A DNA stretch of 64,000 bases, taken from positions 768,001 to 832,000 of the forward strand of contig OY760074.1 in the NCBI GenBank assembly GCA_963663035.1, written 5' to 3'. This DNA is from Acidobacteriota bacterium. Its GTDB lineage: Bacteria; Acidobacteriota; UBA6911; RPQK01; JADFOI01. Under the pieces are notes generated by a model. It did not search any database and was not told where the DNA came from. It saw only the letters and a list, made by a program, of their open reading frames with translations. A program made the position numbers and the translations under genes. Shown piece after piece: positions 28,599 through 38,688 of the stretch (position 1 is its first letter; every line of letters starts with the position of its first letter).

Positions 28599-30055
28599 TG
28601 GGGGAGGAGAAGAAGATGAGAGAAAGGCGGGTCGCTTTCAGGAAGTTTGCCATGGGCTTGATGCTTTCCCTCTTTGTTTCCGGGTCGGCCCTTGCCCAGA
28701 AGAATTATCAGGATCTCACTTATCCAAAGCTCAGCGATATCCATGTCCCCGAGGTGGAGCAGGTCACACTGAGCAATGGAATGAAGTTGTTTGTGTTGGA
28801 GGATCACGAGCTCCCTATGATCAGTTTGTCTGCCCGCATCAGAGCAGGCTCCATCCATGAACCACCCGAGAAGGTTGGTTTGGCGTCCATGGTTGGAACC
28901 GTCATGCGTACGGGCGGGACGACCAGCAAAACAGGTGAGGAAATCGATGAGGAACTGGAAGGCATTGCGGCTTCGGTGGAAACCCGTATTGGGTTGAACT
29001 CAGGATCTGCCTCCATGTCAGTGTTGACCAAGGATTTGGAGACAGGTTTGTCGATTCTGGCCGATATCCTGATGAACCCGGCCTTCCCGGAGGAGATGAT
29101 CCAGTTGAGCAAAGTCCGGCGGCGCACCAGCATTTCGCGCCGCAACGACAGCGTTGGCAGCATTGCTTCCCGAGAGTTCGTCAAGCTGATCTACGGTCCA
29201 GACAGCGTCTATGCTCGAACCTCAGAGTACGCCACCATCGACAGCATCACACGCGAGGACTTGATCTCCTTTCATGGCAAGTTCTTTTATCCCAATAATA
29301 TGATGCTGGCCGTGTGGGGCGATTTTCACACTCCGGAGATGATCAGGAAAATCGAAGAGGCCTTTCGAGGCTGGGAAAAGCGCGAGGTCCCAGCCTCTGT
29401 AATGCCCGAGGTGAATTACGAGTTTCGTCAGACAGTCAATTTCGTCCAGAAGGACGATGTCAATCAGACCAACATCTACATGGGGCACATCGGAGGCCTC
29501 GTGAGTGATCCCGACTACTTTGCCCTGGTCTTGATGAACCGAATTCTCGGTTCGGGATTTACCAGTCGCCTTTTCAAGGAAGTGAGATCGCGCCAGGGCC
29601 TGGCCTATTCGGTTTTTGGCTCTTATTCAGCCAATTTCGACTATGAGGGAATCTTCTACATCGGCTGCCAGACCAAATCGGAGACAACCGTTCAAGCCAT
29701 TCGAGCCCTGAGGACTGAAGTGGAAAAGCTTACCCAAAGCGAGGTGACCGACGAAGAGCTGGAGCTTGCCCGGCAGAGCTATCTGAACGCGTTTGTCTTT
29801 AACTTCGATTCAAGGAGTGAGATCGTCAATCGCTTGATGACCTACGCCTACCATGGATATCCCCTGGATTTTCTGCAGACGGCCAAAGAGAAGATAGAGA
29901 GGGTAACCAAGAGCGATATTTTGCGAGTGGCTGCTAAGCATCTGCACCCCGACAAGATGCAGATCGTGGCAGTGGGCCGATCTCAAGACTTTGACGAACC
30001 CCTTTCCGCCTTAGGGCCAATGAGAGAGCTTGACATCACTATTCCGGGACAGTAG
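28598..30055 (+). CDS. M16 peptidase, non-catalytic partner subunit
   Basis: M16 fold without HxxEH; SRLFKEVRSRQGLAY. Confidence 0.85.
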   Translation: MGEEKKMRERRVAFRKFAMGLMLSLFVSGSALAQKNYQDLTYPKLSDIHVPEVEQVTLSNGMKLFVLEDHELPMISLSARIRAGSIHEPPEKVGLASMVGTVMRTGGTTSKTGEEIDEELEGIAASVETRIGLNSGSASMSVLTKDLETGLSILADILMNPAFPEEMIQLSKVRRRTSISRRNDSVGSIASREFVKLIYGPDSVYARTSEYATIDSITREDLISFHGKFFYPNNMMLAVWGDFHTPEMIRKIEEAFRGWEKREVPASVMPEVNYEFRQTVNFVQKDDVNQTNIYMGHIGGLVSDPDYFALVLMNRILGSGFTSRLFKEVRSRQGLAYSVFGSYSANFDYEGIFYIGCQTKSETTVQAIRALRTEVEKLTQSEVTDEELELARQSYLNAFVFNFDSRSEIVNRLMTYAYHGYPLDFLQTAKEKIERVTKSDILRVAAKHLHPDKMQIVAVGRSQDFDEPLSALGPMRELDITIPGQ

Positions 30056-30104
30056 TGCGGCATTTCGTGCCTGTTGTCCTCTCTCTGGCCAGGCGTTCTG
30101 AGCG

Positions 30105-31592
30105 ATGAGTCTCTCTACCAGTATTCACGATATCAAAACCCTGGTCCTCTCCTTTCACGGGATCGTTGCCATGGAAACGGTGGAAGAAGACCGTGTCTAC
30201 TCGCTGCTGCAGGCAACTGCGCTGGAGCTTCGAATGCCTTTTTTTGAGTGGTCTATCACTCGTGGGTTGGTGCGGGTGCCGGGGACAGCCAGCATGTATG
30301 GTACCAGCGAGCCCATGAATCTCATGTCGAGTCTTCACCAAATGGATACTCAGGCCATTTTCCTTCTCAAGGATTTCGCAAGATTTACCAGCGACCATAC
30401 CGTGGCCCGCCAGCTTCGAGAAGTGTCCCAGAGGTTTTCCAAGAACCGTTCCACGCTTGTACTGACAGGAGAAGCGGTCCATCTCCCGCCCGAAATCGAG
30501 CACAACGTTGTGTATTACCACATGGAACTTCCTGGAAGAGATGAGCTGCGAAGGGTTCTGGACACGGTGCTGCACTCGCTGGTCCAAGCCAATCGGATTA
30601 AGGTCCTGCTGGACGGCAAGGGTCGTGAGGAACTCGTTTCCGCCTTGAGTGGGATGACCTTGAACCAGGCCAGGCAAACCATTGCCTTTGCAGCTCTCAA
30701 GGACGGCAAGTTTTCCAAGGAAGCGATCAAAGATGTTCTGGAGCGCAAAGCTCAGGCGATCCGGGAGAGCGGCCTCCTGGAGTATTTTCCAGTGGAGGAT
30801 AACCGCTTCCAGCTGGGAGGTTTCGACCGGCTCAAAAAATGGCTTCTGAGAGCACAGACTGGGTTTAGCCGTGAAGCTCAGGCACTCAACTTGCCAGCTC
30901 CGCGGGGGATTTTGCTTGTAGGCGTGCAAGGTTGTGGTAAGTCTCTTGCGGCCAAGGTGATCGCCCGTCAGTGGAGAGTCCCGCTTGTGAAACTGGATGT
31001 GGGAAGACTTTTCGAGAAATATATTGGAGAGTCGGAAAGGAACTTTCGCAAAGCGATTGCCCTGGCCGAGTCGATGGCCCCGGTGGTTTTCTGGATCGAT
31101 GAGATAGAAAAGGCCATGACACCGGGTGGAAGCGAGGCGGATGGAGGCTTGGGTCGCCGTATATTCGGCAGTTTCCTCACCTGGCTTCAGGAGAAGCAGA
31201 AAACGGTATTTGTCGTGGCCACGGCCAACGATCTATCGATTCTGCCTCCCGAGCTTCTCAGGAAAGGGCGCTTCGATGAAATTTTCTTTGTGGATCTCCC
31301 GACGGCTGAAGAACGTGAGGCCATAGTGAGAATCCACCTGAAGCTTCGAAGACAAGACCCGCAGCAATTCGATTTAAATCGACTGGTTGAAGCTTCGGAG
31401 GGGTTCAGCGGTGCGGAGATCGAGCAGGTGATGATTGCGGCACTTTATCGTGGGCTCCATTTGAAGCAGCCTCTGGATACAGAGCTGCTGCTGAAAGAAA
31501 TCGGTGAGACGGTTCCTCTCTCCATTTCCCGGCGTGAGGATCTGCAAAGACTCCGCGAGACGGCGCGGGGCCGTTTTGTCAGCGTGAACTGA
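30105..31592 (+). CDS. AAA+ ATPase, Ycf46-like
   Basis: [32 protein letters not shown]. Confidence 0.88.
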   Translation: MSLSTSIHDIKTLVLSFHGIVAMETVEEDRVYSLLQATALELRMPFFEWSITRGLVRVPGTASMYGTSEPMNLMSSLHQMDTQAIFLLKDFARFTSDHTVARQLREVSQRFSKNRSTLVLTGEAVHLPPEIEHNVVYYHMELPGRDELRRVLDTVLHSLVQANRIKVLLDGKGREELVSALSGMTLNQARQTIAFAALKDGKFSKEAIKDVLERKAQAIRESGLLEYFPVEDNRFQLGGFDRLKKWLLRAQTGFSREAQALNLPAPRGILLVGVQGCGKSLAAKVIARQWRVPLVKLDVGRLFEKYIGESERNFRKAIALAESMAPVVFWIDEIEKAMTPGGSEADGGLGRRIFGSFLTWLQEKQKTVFVVATANDLSILPPELLRKGRFDEIFFVDLPTAEEREAIVRIHLKLRRQDPQQFDLNRLVEASEGFSGAEIEQVMIAALYRGLHLKQPLDTELLLKEIGETVPLSISRREDLQRLRETARGRFVSVN

Positions 31593-31672
31593 AATGTGGG
31601 GCTGTCCCCGAATGCACCCTTGTGATAGTGTGAAGGCAGTTTTAGGTAATCTTACACAAAAGGAGTTGATGG

Positions 31673-32692
31673 ATGCCCATTGACAAAGATGTTATTGACC
31701 TCTCAAAAATCCAATTACCCAACCTTTCTCCGAAGATCATCTTCACCGCCATAGCGGTCCTGGTAGGAGTAGTCGTGCTTCTGGACAGCTTTTACCAGGT
31801 TCAGCCGGAAGAGGTGGGCGTGATCAGGCGTTTTGGTCAATACATAGAGCCGCCCACCGGGCCGGGTCTGCACATAAAGGTGCCCTTTGTGGACCGCGTC
31901 GTTAAAGTGCCGGTGCAGAGGCAGCTCAAACAGGAGTTCGGCTTTCAGACGGTAACACCTGGAATCCGAACTATTTATTCCCCTCAGGACTTTGAGGGAG
32001 AATCCTTGATGCTGACGGGGGACCTGAATGTGGCGGTGGTGGAGTGGATCGTGCAATACCGGATCTCGGATCCTTATCTGTATCTTTTTAAGGTGCGCAA
32101 CGTGGAAGACACTTTTCGTGACATGAATGAAGCGGTGATGCGACAGGTCGTGGGGGATCGGACGGTCACGGAGGTGCTGACCGTGGGTCGTCAGGAGATC
32201 GAAAGCACCGTGCAAGTGATGCTGCAGGAAATGTGTAGTCAGTACGAAACGGGCATTACCATTGATCAGGTGGTCTTGCAGGATGTGAATCCTCCTGATC
32301 CTGTGAAACCCTCCTGGGATGAAGTCAACCAGGCCCAGCAGCAGCGGGACCGATTAATCAACGAAGCGCAGGGCGAGTACAACCGGGTCATCCCACGGGC
32401 ACAGGGCGAAGCCCAGCAGACTATTTTGCAGGCCGAAGGGTACGCGCTGGACCGGGTCAATCGTGCTGAAGGGGATTCCGCTCGCTTCAAGGCGCTTTAC
32501 GAAGCCTATCGTCAGGCACCGACGGTCACCCGCCGGCGCATGTATCTGGAAACCATGGCCAAGGTGCTGCCCAAGATGGGGGGCAAGCTCTATATTGACA
32601 GTGCTGCACAGGGAGTGATGCCGCTGCTTCCCCTGGAGACTCTGCGGGGTCTCAGCTCACCGGGTGGAGCATCAAACCGGGGGGAGGACTAA
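31673..32692 (+). CDS. hflK: FtsH modulator HflK
   Basis: SPFH domain, MLTGDLN, RRRMYLETM. Confidence 0.92.
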   Translation: MPIDKDVIDLSKIQLPNLSPKIIFTAIAVLVGVVVLLDSFYQVQPEEVGVIRRFGQYIEPPTGPGLHIKVPFVDRVVKVPVQRQLKQEFGFQTVTPGIRTIYSPQDFEGESLMLTGDLNVAVVEWIVQYRISDPYLYLFKVRNVEDTFRDMNEAVMRQVVGDRTVTEVLTVGRQEIESTVQVMLQEMCSQYETGITIDQVVLQDVNPPDPVKPSWDEVNQAQQQRDRLINEAQGEYNRVIPRAQGEAQQTILQAEGYALDRVNRAEGDSARFKALYEAYRQAPTVTRRRMYLETMAKVLPKMGGKLYIDSAAQGVMPLLPLETLRGLSSPGGASNRGED

Positions 32693-33624
32693 TGGACGTT
32701 AAAACAAGCGCAGGTTTGCTCATTCTGGTCGTGCTGGTGGTTGGAACTTACGCCGCGGCTTATACCGTGGATGAAACACAGCAGGTCATTATCACCCGGT
32801 TCGGAGAACCCGTTGGGAACGCAATTACCGATCCCGGCCTCAAGTTCAAGTTGCCTTTCATCGAGGTGGCCAACTTTTTTGATAAACGTTTCCTGGAATG
32901 GGACGGAGATGCCAACCAGGTTCCTACCCGCGACAAGCGGTTCCTTTGGGTGGACTCCTATGCCCGCTGGCGGATCTCTGACCCTTTGAGGTTCTTTGAA
33001 CGCGTGCGCAACGAACTGGGAGCTCAATCCAGACTGGACGATATCCTGGATGGTGAAACCCGCAACTCCGTTGCACGTCATGATCTGGTGGAGGTTGTTC
33101 GAAGCACCAATCGGGAAGCCGACGCGAGCTTGTTGGATTCTGAAGAAGAGACAGCCGTTCTGGAAACCATTGAAAGGGGACGCCGGGAGATCGTCCGCAC
33201 GGTTTTGGAGACAGCTCGGACTCGCACTTCAGATCTGGGAATTGAACTCATGGACTTTCAGATCAAGCGGCTAAACTATGTGGAAGAGGTCCAGAGGGAT
33301 GTTTTCGCACGTATGATTGCCGAGCGCAACCGGGTCGCGGAGCGCTACCGTTCCGAGGGAGAAGGGGAAGCCGCCCGGATCCGGGGTGAGAGAGAGCGGG
33401 AACTGAAACGGATTCAGTCCGAAGCCTATCGGGTCGCTGAGGAATTGCAAGGCGATGCGGATGCGGAAGCGACGGGGACCTATGCAGAGGCCTATAACCG
33501 CGATGCCTCATTCTACGCCTTCATGAAGAGCCTGGAGACTCTGGAGGAGACCGCCGATGCCAACAGCACCTTGATCCTCAGCACCGATACTGAGCTGCTG
33601 GAATACCTGAAGCAAGCACAGTAA
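32692..33624 (+). CDS. hflC: FtsH modulator HflC
   Basis: IITRFGEP, RMIAER, FYAFMKSL; coupled to hflK. Confidence 0.92.
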   Translation: MDVKTSAGLLILVVLVVGTYAAAYTVDETQQVIITRFGEPVGNAITDPGLKFKLPFIEVANFFDKRFLEWDGDANQVPTRDKRFLWVDSYARWRISDPLRFFERVRNELGAQSRLDDILDGETRNSVARHDLVEVVRSTNREADASLLDSEEETAVLETIERGRREIVRTVLETARTRTSDLGIELMDFQIKRLNYVEEVQRDVFARMIAERNRVAERYRSEGEGEAARIRGERERELKRIQSEAYRVAEELQGDADAEATGTYAEAYNRDASFYAFMKSLETLEETADANSTLILSTDTELLEYLKQAQ

Positions 33625-33638
33625 CTCTCTGCGTTCGG

Positions 33639-33718
33639 ATTCGGCACCTGAGGTGCCTCCCACGTTGAGGTTAGCTCCCTAGATTGCTGAAGGTGGGAGG
33701 GGCCCTCAGGCCCCGAAT
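33639..33718. repeat. Imperfect palindrome between convergent genes (REP/terminator-like)
   Basis: TTCGG..CCTGAGG..CCTCCCAC ... GTGGGAGG..CCTCAGG..CCGAA. Confidence 0.5.
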
Positions 33719-33733
33719 GGGTGTAGCACGAAG

Positions 33734-34474
33734 TCAGGAGTCAACTGAGTCTACCCCATTCCGAACGGCGATGATTTCGGCCAGGATCGAAACGGCGATC
33801 TCTTCGGGACGTCTTCCCCCTAAATTCAATCCGATGGGCGAGTGAATCCGCGATACCTGCTTATCGGTGATGCCCATCTCTTTGAGCGACGCCACTCGAC
33901 GGGCATGGGTCTTGCGGGAGCCAAGGGCGCCGATGTAACGGCAGGGACTCTCCAGGGCCAGTTTCAGGGCCGGATTATCCAATTTCTCGTCGTGACTGAG
34001 AGCCACCAAATAGGTCCCTTCGTTGAAATCCGATGGTGAGAGTACTTCCTGGGGCCACTTCACGATCAGCTCGTCGGCGTGGGAAAAGCGCTGGGGGGTG
34101 GCGAAGGCGGAACGGGGATCCACGACAATAGTCCGAAAGCCCAACACCTTGGCAAATGTGATCAGTGGGATGGCCGCATGGACTGCACCAATGATGATGA
34201 GTCTTGGGGATGGGGGAAACACTTCGATGAAGACCTCGCTCTTTTCTCCCTCCGAGTCGAAGGAGGCTCTCTCTGATTTCTGCTGCTGGAAAAGCGCCTC
34301 GGCATGCTGATGGACCTGCTGGTTCAGATCGGCTGGCTGAAGCTTTCCCTTACTCTGTCCGTCCGGCCAGATCAGCATCTTACTTCCCAGTCCCGGGCCG
34401 ACTATTACCGTGCAAAGAGCAATCAGCTGTTCAGCTTCCAGGGATTGACCTAGTTCCTGGTGAAGATTGGACAT
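33734..34474 (-). CDS. XdhC/CoxF molybdoenzyme accessory protein, C-terminal part
   Basis: IIGAVH, VDPR, YIGALGSR, SPIGL..PEEIAVSILAE. Confidence 0.85.
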   Translation of the reverse strand: MSNLHQELGQSLEAEQLIALCTVIVGPGLGSKMLIWPDGQSKGKLQPADLNQQVHQHAEALFQQQKSERASFDSEGEKSEVFIEVFPPSPRLIIIGAVHAAIPLITFAKVLGFRTIVVDPRSAFATPQRFSHADELIVKWPQEVLSPSDFNEGTYLVALSHDEKLDNPALKLALESPCRYIGALGSRKTHARRVASLKEMGITDKQVSRIHSPIGLNLGGRRPEEIAVSILAEIIAVRNGVDSVDS

Positions 34475-34481
34475 GGTGGTC

Positions 34482-34796
34482 TCATTCCTCGAGCAGCTCC
34501 ACAAAGACTTCGATCTCCCCTCCACAGGTTAGACCCACCGTCCATGCTTGTTCGTTGGTAATGCCGAATTTTACGAGCTTGGGCCGGCCTGATTCCATGA
34601 CTCCTCGAGCTTCCTCAACCACCGCTCCCTCGACGCAGCCACCACTGACGGAACCTACTATTTCGCCCTCTGAAGAGACGGCCATTTTCGAGCCCAGGGG
34701 ACGTGGACCCGATCCGTAAACCTTCACCACCGTGGCGATGGCGACTTGCTGGCCTGCCGCCTGCCACTGTTTGATATCTTTTAAAAGTTCGCGCAT
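34482..34796 (-). CDS. XdhC/CoxI N-terminal domain protein
   Basis: ATVVKVYGSGPR, GSVSGGCVE, GLTCGG. Confidence 0.85.
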   Translation of the reverse strand: MRELLKDIKQWQAAGQQVAIATVVKVYGSGPRPLGSKMAVSSEGEIVGSVSGGCVEGAVVEEARGVMESGRPKLVKFGITNEQAWTVGLTCGGEIEVFVELLEE

Positions 34797-34841
34797 TTCA
34801 AGACTCCCAATGCTAGCGTCCCTTCTGGGAAGGACACCTGT

Positions 34842-35693
34842 TCACATGAATCTCAAACCGGTAGTGATCGATACGACAACGGAGAGAATCGTCAGTACGA
34901 TACACAGGAGAGCAGCGATCTGATGATCTGTACGCTCAGGTGCCAGGGGGTCAAGCCACCTGGCCATCAGGTAGCCTCCGCCAAATCCTCCCGCATGAGC
35001 CCAGTTGTCGATACCCTGCATCACGAATCCAAAGACGAAAAGAATGACCGCGAAAGTCAGGGCCTGTTGACCCACCGCACTTCTCCCTCTTCTTCCCGCA
35101 TAAACGAGGGCTCCCAGGAGTCCGAAAACGGGAGCCGAGGCACCGATGGTCATCGTTGCCCCTCGCAGAGGCGAGGGAAGAAAGGTAAAATACGCCCCCA
35201 TCCAGCTGCTCAGAAAAAATCCGGTAATAGAAGAGACGGTATAGATGATGACGGTGCGGCCGATGCCATATTCGGATGACGTGGCTGGGGCCAGCTGGCG
35301 AATCCACATCATATTGAAGACGATGTGCAGTAATCCTCCGTGCAGCCAGGCAGCACTCAGTACGGTCCACCATCGTCCGGCCTGAAAGAAAGGCATCGCT
35401 CCGCTTGCTCCGAACAGAAAGAGGCTGCGTTGACTGGGAGAGAGCATAGTGAGAAGGCCGCCTCCCCGAATTCCAGAAGGGTCGGCCAACAGCATGGCGA
35501 TATAAAGACCGGCGCAGCCCCAGATGACCACCTGGACAAAACCAAGGTCCTGCCCCAGGCGTCTCAACAGGGAAGTATAGCCCCACATACCCGGGTTGGG
35601 ACGGTCGCAGTAGAAGCACTTCTCCTCGTTGACACTGACCAGCTTGTGACAGGAGGGGCAGACGATCGATCCCGTGGTTTGACGTTTGAACAT
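34842..35693 (-). CDS. Rhomboid intramembrane serine protease with N-terminal Zn ribbon
   Basis: CPSC..CFYC, HIVFNM, GASA, DNWAHAGG. Confidence 0.9.
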   Translation of the reverse strand: MFKRQTTGSIVCPSCHKLVSVNEEKCFYCDRPNPGMWGYTSLLRRLGQDLGFVQVVIWGCAGLYIAMLLADPSGIRGGGLLTMLSPSQRSLFLFGASGAMPFFQAGRWWTVLSAAWLHGGLLHIVFNMMWIRQLAPATSSEYGIGRTVIIYTVSSITGFFLSSWMGAYFTFLPSPLRGATMTIGASAPVFGLLGALVYAGRRGRSAVGQQALTFAVILFVFGFVMQGIDNWAHAGGFGGGYLMARWLDPLAPERTDHQIAALLCIVLTILSVVVSITTGLRFM

Positions 35694-35743
35694 AAATCTT
35701 CCCTATGCCGGGATGATGATATCATGACCGGCGCAGACGCCAT

Positions 35744-35770
35744 CTGACAGCTGACAACTGACAACTGACA
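35744..35770. repeat. Heptamer tandem repeat CTGACAR x4
   Basis: Directly visible; related arrays at 58074-58121 and 61039-61068. Confidence 0.7.
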
Positions 35771-35774
35771 TGTG

Positions 35775-36206
35775 TTAGGAGGCAGGAGGGCGGCTGGTCG
35801 GGTTCTTCTCTAGAAAATCCAACAGGATCTTTCGGTGGTCGAAGACGAGGCGGTCAAAGGGGAGCTCCTCGAGGGGATAAATGGCAGCCTCTTTGGCATC
35901 ACTGGCTGCCCTGGGCTTTCCCACTGAATCACCCACAAAAACCACAGAGACCGTGTGGAAGCGGGGGTCACGACTCGGATCGGAATAGACCCCCAGCAAG
36001 TAAGCCAGCTCGACATCCAGTCCGACCTCCTCTTTCATCTCCCGTACGGCAGCGGTTTCCACCGACTCCCCCACTTCAACAAAGCCGCCAGGTATGGCCA
36101 GGCCCAGGGGTGGTTTTTGACGGTCGATCAAAACGATGCCCTGCAAGTGGTCCCCCTCCCAGACCTGCAGAATCACATCTACCGTCAGTTTGGGTGTTTC
36201 GATCAT
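35775..36206 (-). CDS. NUDIX hydrolase
   Basis: PGGFVEVGESVETAAVREMKEEVG, DPSRDPR. Confidence 0.9.
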   Translation of the reverse strand: MIETPKLTVDVILQVWEGDHLQGIVLIDRQKPPLGLAIPGGFVEVGESVETAAVREMKEEVGLDVELAYLLGVYSDPSRDPRFHTVSVVFVGDSVGKPRAASDAKEAAIYPLEELPFDRLVFDHRKILLDFLEKNPTSRPPAS

Positions 36207-36224
36207 CTCTGAAGGGATGGTTCT

Positions 36225-36273
36225 TGACTCCTACCTCCTGACTCCTACCTCCTGACTCCTGACTCCTACCTCC
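36225..36273. repeat. Heptamer tandem repeat TGACTCC/TACCTCC x7
   Basis: Directly visible. Confidence 0.75.
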
Positions 36274-38065
36274 TTCCCTCCATTTCCTCCGCCCTTGTGA
36301 TCAGCTTCTCGATGGCCGAGAGTCCCTCCTGCCAGAACTGGCTGTCATTGAGGTCGATTCCCAGCTTTCCCAGCAAAACGTGAGGCCAGTCCGATCCTCC
36401 CGATTCCAAGAGACCCAAATACCGTTTAACGAAGGCATCTCCCTCCTGTTGATATCGCGAGTAAAGTGCCAGAACGAGCAGCTCTCCGAAAGCGTACGCA
36501 TAGACGTATCCAGGCGTATGGAGGAAGTGAGGAATATAACTCCACCAAGTACTGTAGTGATCTCCCAGCTGGACACTCCCCTGAAACATGTCCCTTTGAG
36601 TTTCCATCCACAGTTCACTGAAGTGCTCAGAGGAAAGTTCGCCTTCGGTGCGGCGGGCCGTGTGGATCCGGTCCTCGAATCGGTTCATTGCCACCTGACG
36701 GAAGACGGTGGCCACGATGTCATCGATTTTGCTGACAACCATAGCAAGACGGGCGCTTGGGCTTTCTTCCTGTTCCATGAGGCTGTCGAAAGCGAGCATC
36801 TCTCCAAAGGTCGAGGCGGTCTCTGCCAGTGTCAAGGGGGTGTCGGATTGCAGAAAGCCCTGCTTGCGCGAAAGATATTGGTGTACTCCATGTCCCAGTT
36901 CGTGGGCCAGGGTTTCGACGTCACGAATGGTTCCCGCGTAATTCACCAACACGTAGGGGTGAGCACTGGGAACCGCTTGATGACTGAAGGCGCCTCCAAT
37001 TTTTCCGGCTTCAATCGGGGCATCGATCCACCGCTGCTTGAAAAAATCAGCCGCAATGGACCCCAATCGTGGATGAAAAGCTGTATAGGCCTTCACGGTG
37101 ATTTCCTGGGCCCGATCCCACGAGTAGAGAGTGTCTACCTTTTCCAAGGGCGCATATCGGTCGTAGTCATGGAGTTCTTCAAGTCCCAGTAACTTTCCCT
37201 TTAATTTGTAATAGCGTGCCACCAGGTCGTAGCGTTCTGTAATGGATTCGATCAGGGTCTGAACTGCTTCTGCAGAGATCTCGTTGGACAGATTGCGACT
37301 GGAAAGCCAGTTTGGATAGCTCCGCAGCTGGTCATCGGAGCTTTTATCTGCCAAGACAGTATTGAAGATATAGGTCAGCTCTCGCAGGTGGTGACCGAGA
37401 CCTTCAGTGAAGGAATCAGCAGCTCGCTTGCGCACCTTGCGATCAGCGCTGTAGAGCTTAGCCAGAATCTCCTGCTGGTTCAGTTCTTGATTGTCAAAGG
37501 AGAAGCGTGCTGATCCGAAAATTTCATCAAAGAAGCGATTCCAGGCATGGCGTCCAGTGAGGGCCTTCTCTGACAGGATCTTCTCCTCAGGCTCACCCAG
37601 GACATGGGGTTTGGCCAGGCGTTCACGCTCAAGGTAGTGCCGATAGGGGGCCAGTGGGGTACTCTTTAACAGCTTTTTAGCCTGTTTGTCTTCCAGCTGA
37701 ATCCACTCCAGCTCAAAAAACAGTATTGCCTGCTGAATCTGGGTGCTGACTTCACGGATTTTTTGCAGCAGTGCACCGCGCTTGGAGTCTTCCATATGTG
37801 TGCACCAGTTGAGATAGGCATAGGTGTGGGCCCGGCTCAGTCGCTCCTGTAGAGCCTCGAATTGCTGCAGTGCCGCAGCAAGCCCGCTATCATCCAGCGA
37901 AGCGACACGACCCCTGTACTGCTTGGCAAACTCTTCGGCGACCGCGGCGGCCCCTTGAAGATCACTTTCCAGGGCCTTCGAGTCGGGGTAAAGATCTGCC
38001 AGATTCCAATGGATCTCCTCTGCACCTGTTTTGGCTGGTTGTTGCTGGTTCACTTTTGGCCTCAC
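36266..38065 (-). CDS. pepF: M3B oligoendopeptidase F
   Basis: TLAHELGHGVH, AETASTFGE, YVYAYAFG. Confidence 0.88.
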   Translation of the reverse strand: MRPKVNQQQPAKTGAEEIHWNLADLYPDSKALESDLQGAAAVAEEFAKQYRGRVASLDDSGLAAALQQFEALQERLSRAHTYAYLNWCTHMEDSKRGALLQKIREVSTQIQQAILFFELEWIQLEDKQAKKLLKSTPLAPYRHYLERERLAKPHVLGEPEEKILSEKALTGRHAWNRFFDEIFGSARFSFDNQELNQQEILAKLYSADRKVRKRAADSFTEGLGHHLRELTYIFNTVLADKSSDDQLRSYPNWLSSRNLSNEISAEAVQTLIESITERYDLVARYYKLKGKLLGLEELHDYDRYAPLEKVDTLYSWDRAQEITVKAYTAFHPRLGSIAADFFKQRWIDAPIEAGKIGGAFSHQAVPSAHPYVLVNYAGTIRDVETLAHELGHGVHQYLSRKQGFLQSDTPLTLAETASTFGEMLAFDSLMEQEESPSARLAMVVSKIDDIVATVFRQVAMNRFEDRIHTARRTEGELSSEHFSELWMETQRDMFQGSVQLGDHYSTWWSYIPHFLHTPGYVYAYAFGELLVLALYSRYQQEGDAFVKRYLGLLESGGSDWPHVLLGKLGIDLNDSQFWQEGLSAIEKLITRAEEMEGRR

Positions 38066-38538
38066 TGGTTTTCTGAGGACCTCCGGACCAGGATCAGGGC
38101 ATCCTCTCGCTCTTTCCCTATGGGGTAATAGCCCTTTCGAATACCGATTTTAACGAATCCTGAAGACTGATAGAGGTGGAGTGCCGGGTGATTGGAAGCT
38201 CTCACTTCCAGAAAGATGGCTTCGACTTGAGCGACACGGGCCAGCTCAATGAGATGGTTGAGCATCCTGCGTCCTTCGCCACGATGGCGGAGTTCGGGCC
38301 GGACGCACAGGTTCAAAATATGGGCGGTATTTCCTTCGATAGCCATGACGGCGTAGACTTGGACAAGACCCTCTTGTTCGAATACACGGCAGCGGTACCC
38401 TAAGGCCACACAGTCACGAAAGGAGCTCAAAAGCCATGGAGTTGGGAAGGTTGCTCTCTCGATCTCCACCACCTGCTGGAAATCTGATTCCTTCATCGAG
38501 CGAAGAGAGGAACGATTACTTTCCAGGCGCGAAATCAT
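38062..38538 (-). CDS. rimI: Ribosomal protein S18-alanine N-acetyltransferase
   Basis: FPTPW, HILNLCV, LEVRASN, RKGYY, EDAL. Confidence 0.9.
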   Translation of the reverse strand: MISRLESNRSSLRSMKESDFQQVVEIERATFPTPWLLSSFRDCVALGYRCRVFEQEGLVQVYAVMAIEGNTAHILNLCVRPELRHRGEGRRMLNHLIELARVAQVEAIFLEVRASNHPALHLYQSSGFVKIGIRKGYYPIGKEREDALILVRRSSENQ

Positions 38539-38688
38539 GGGCAGAAAAGCTGGAGAATAACATCAGGGTGTGTGACGATCAACCGGACAGTCCCCCAACT
38601 CTCCAGTCATCTTTCCGACACAGGAGCGCCGCTAAAGTTTCCACAGTCATTTGCTCCCATGTACAATGAGTTCAACCAAGGAGAAAAG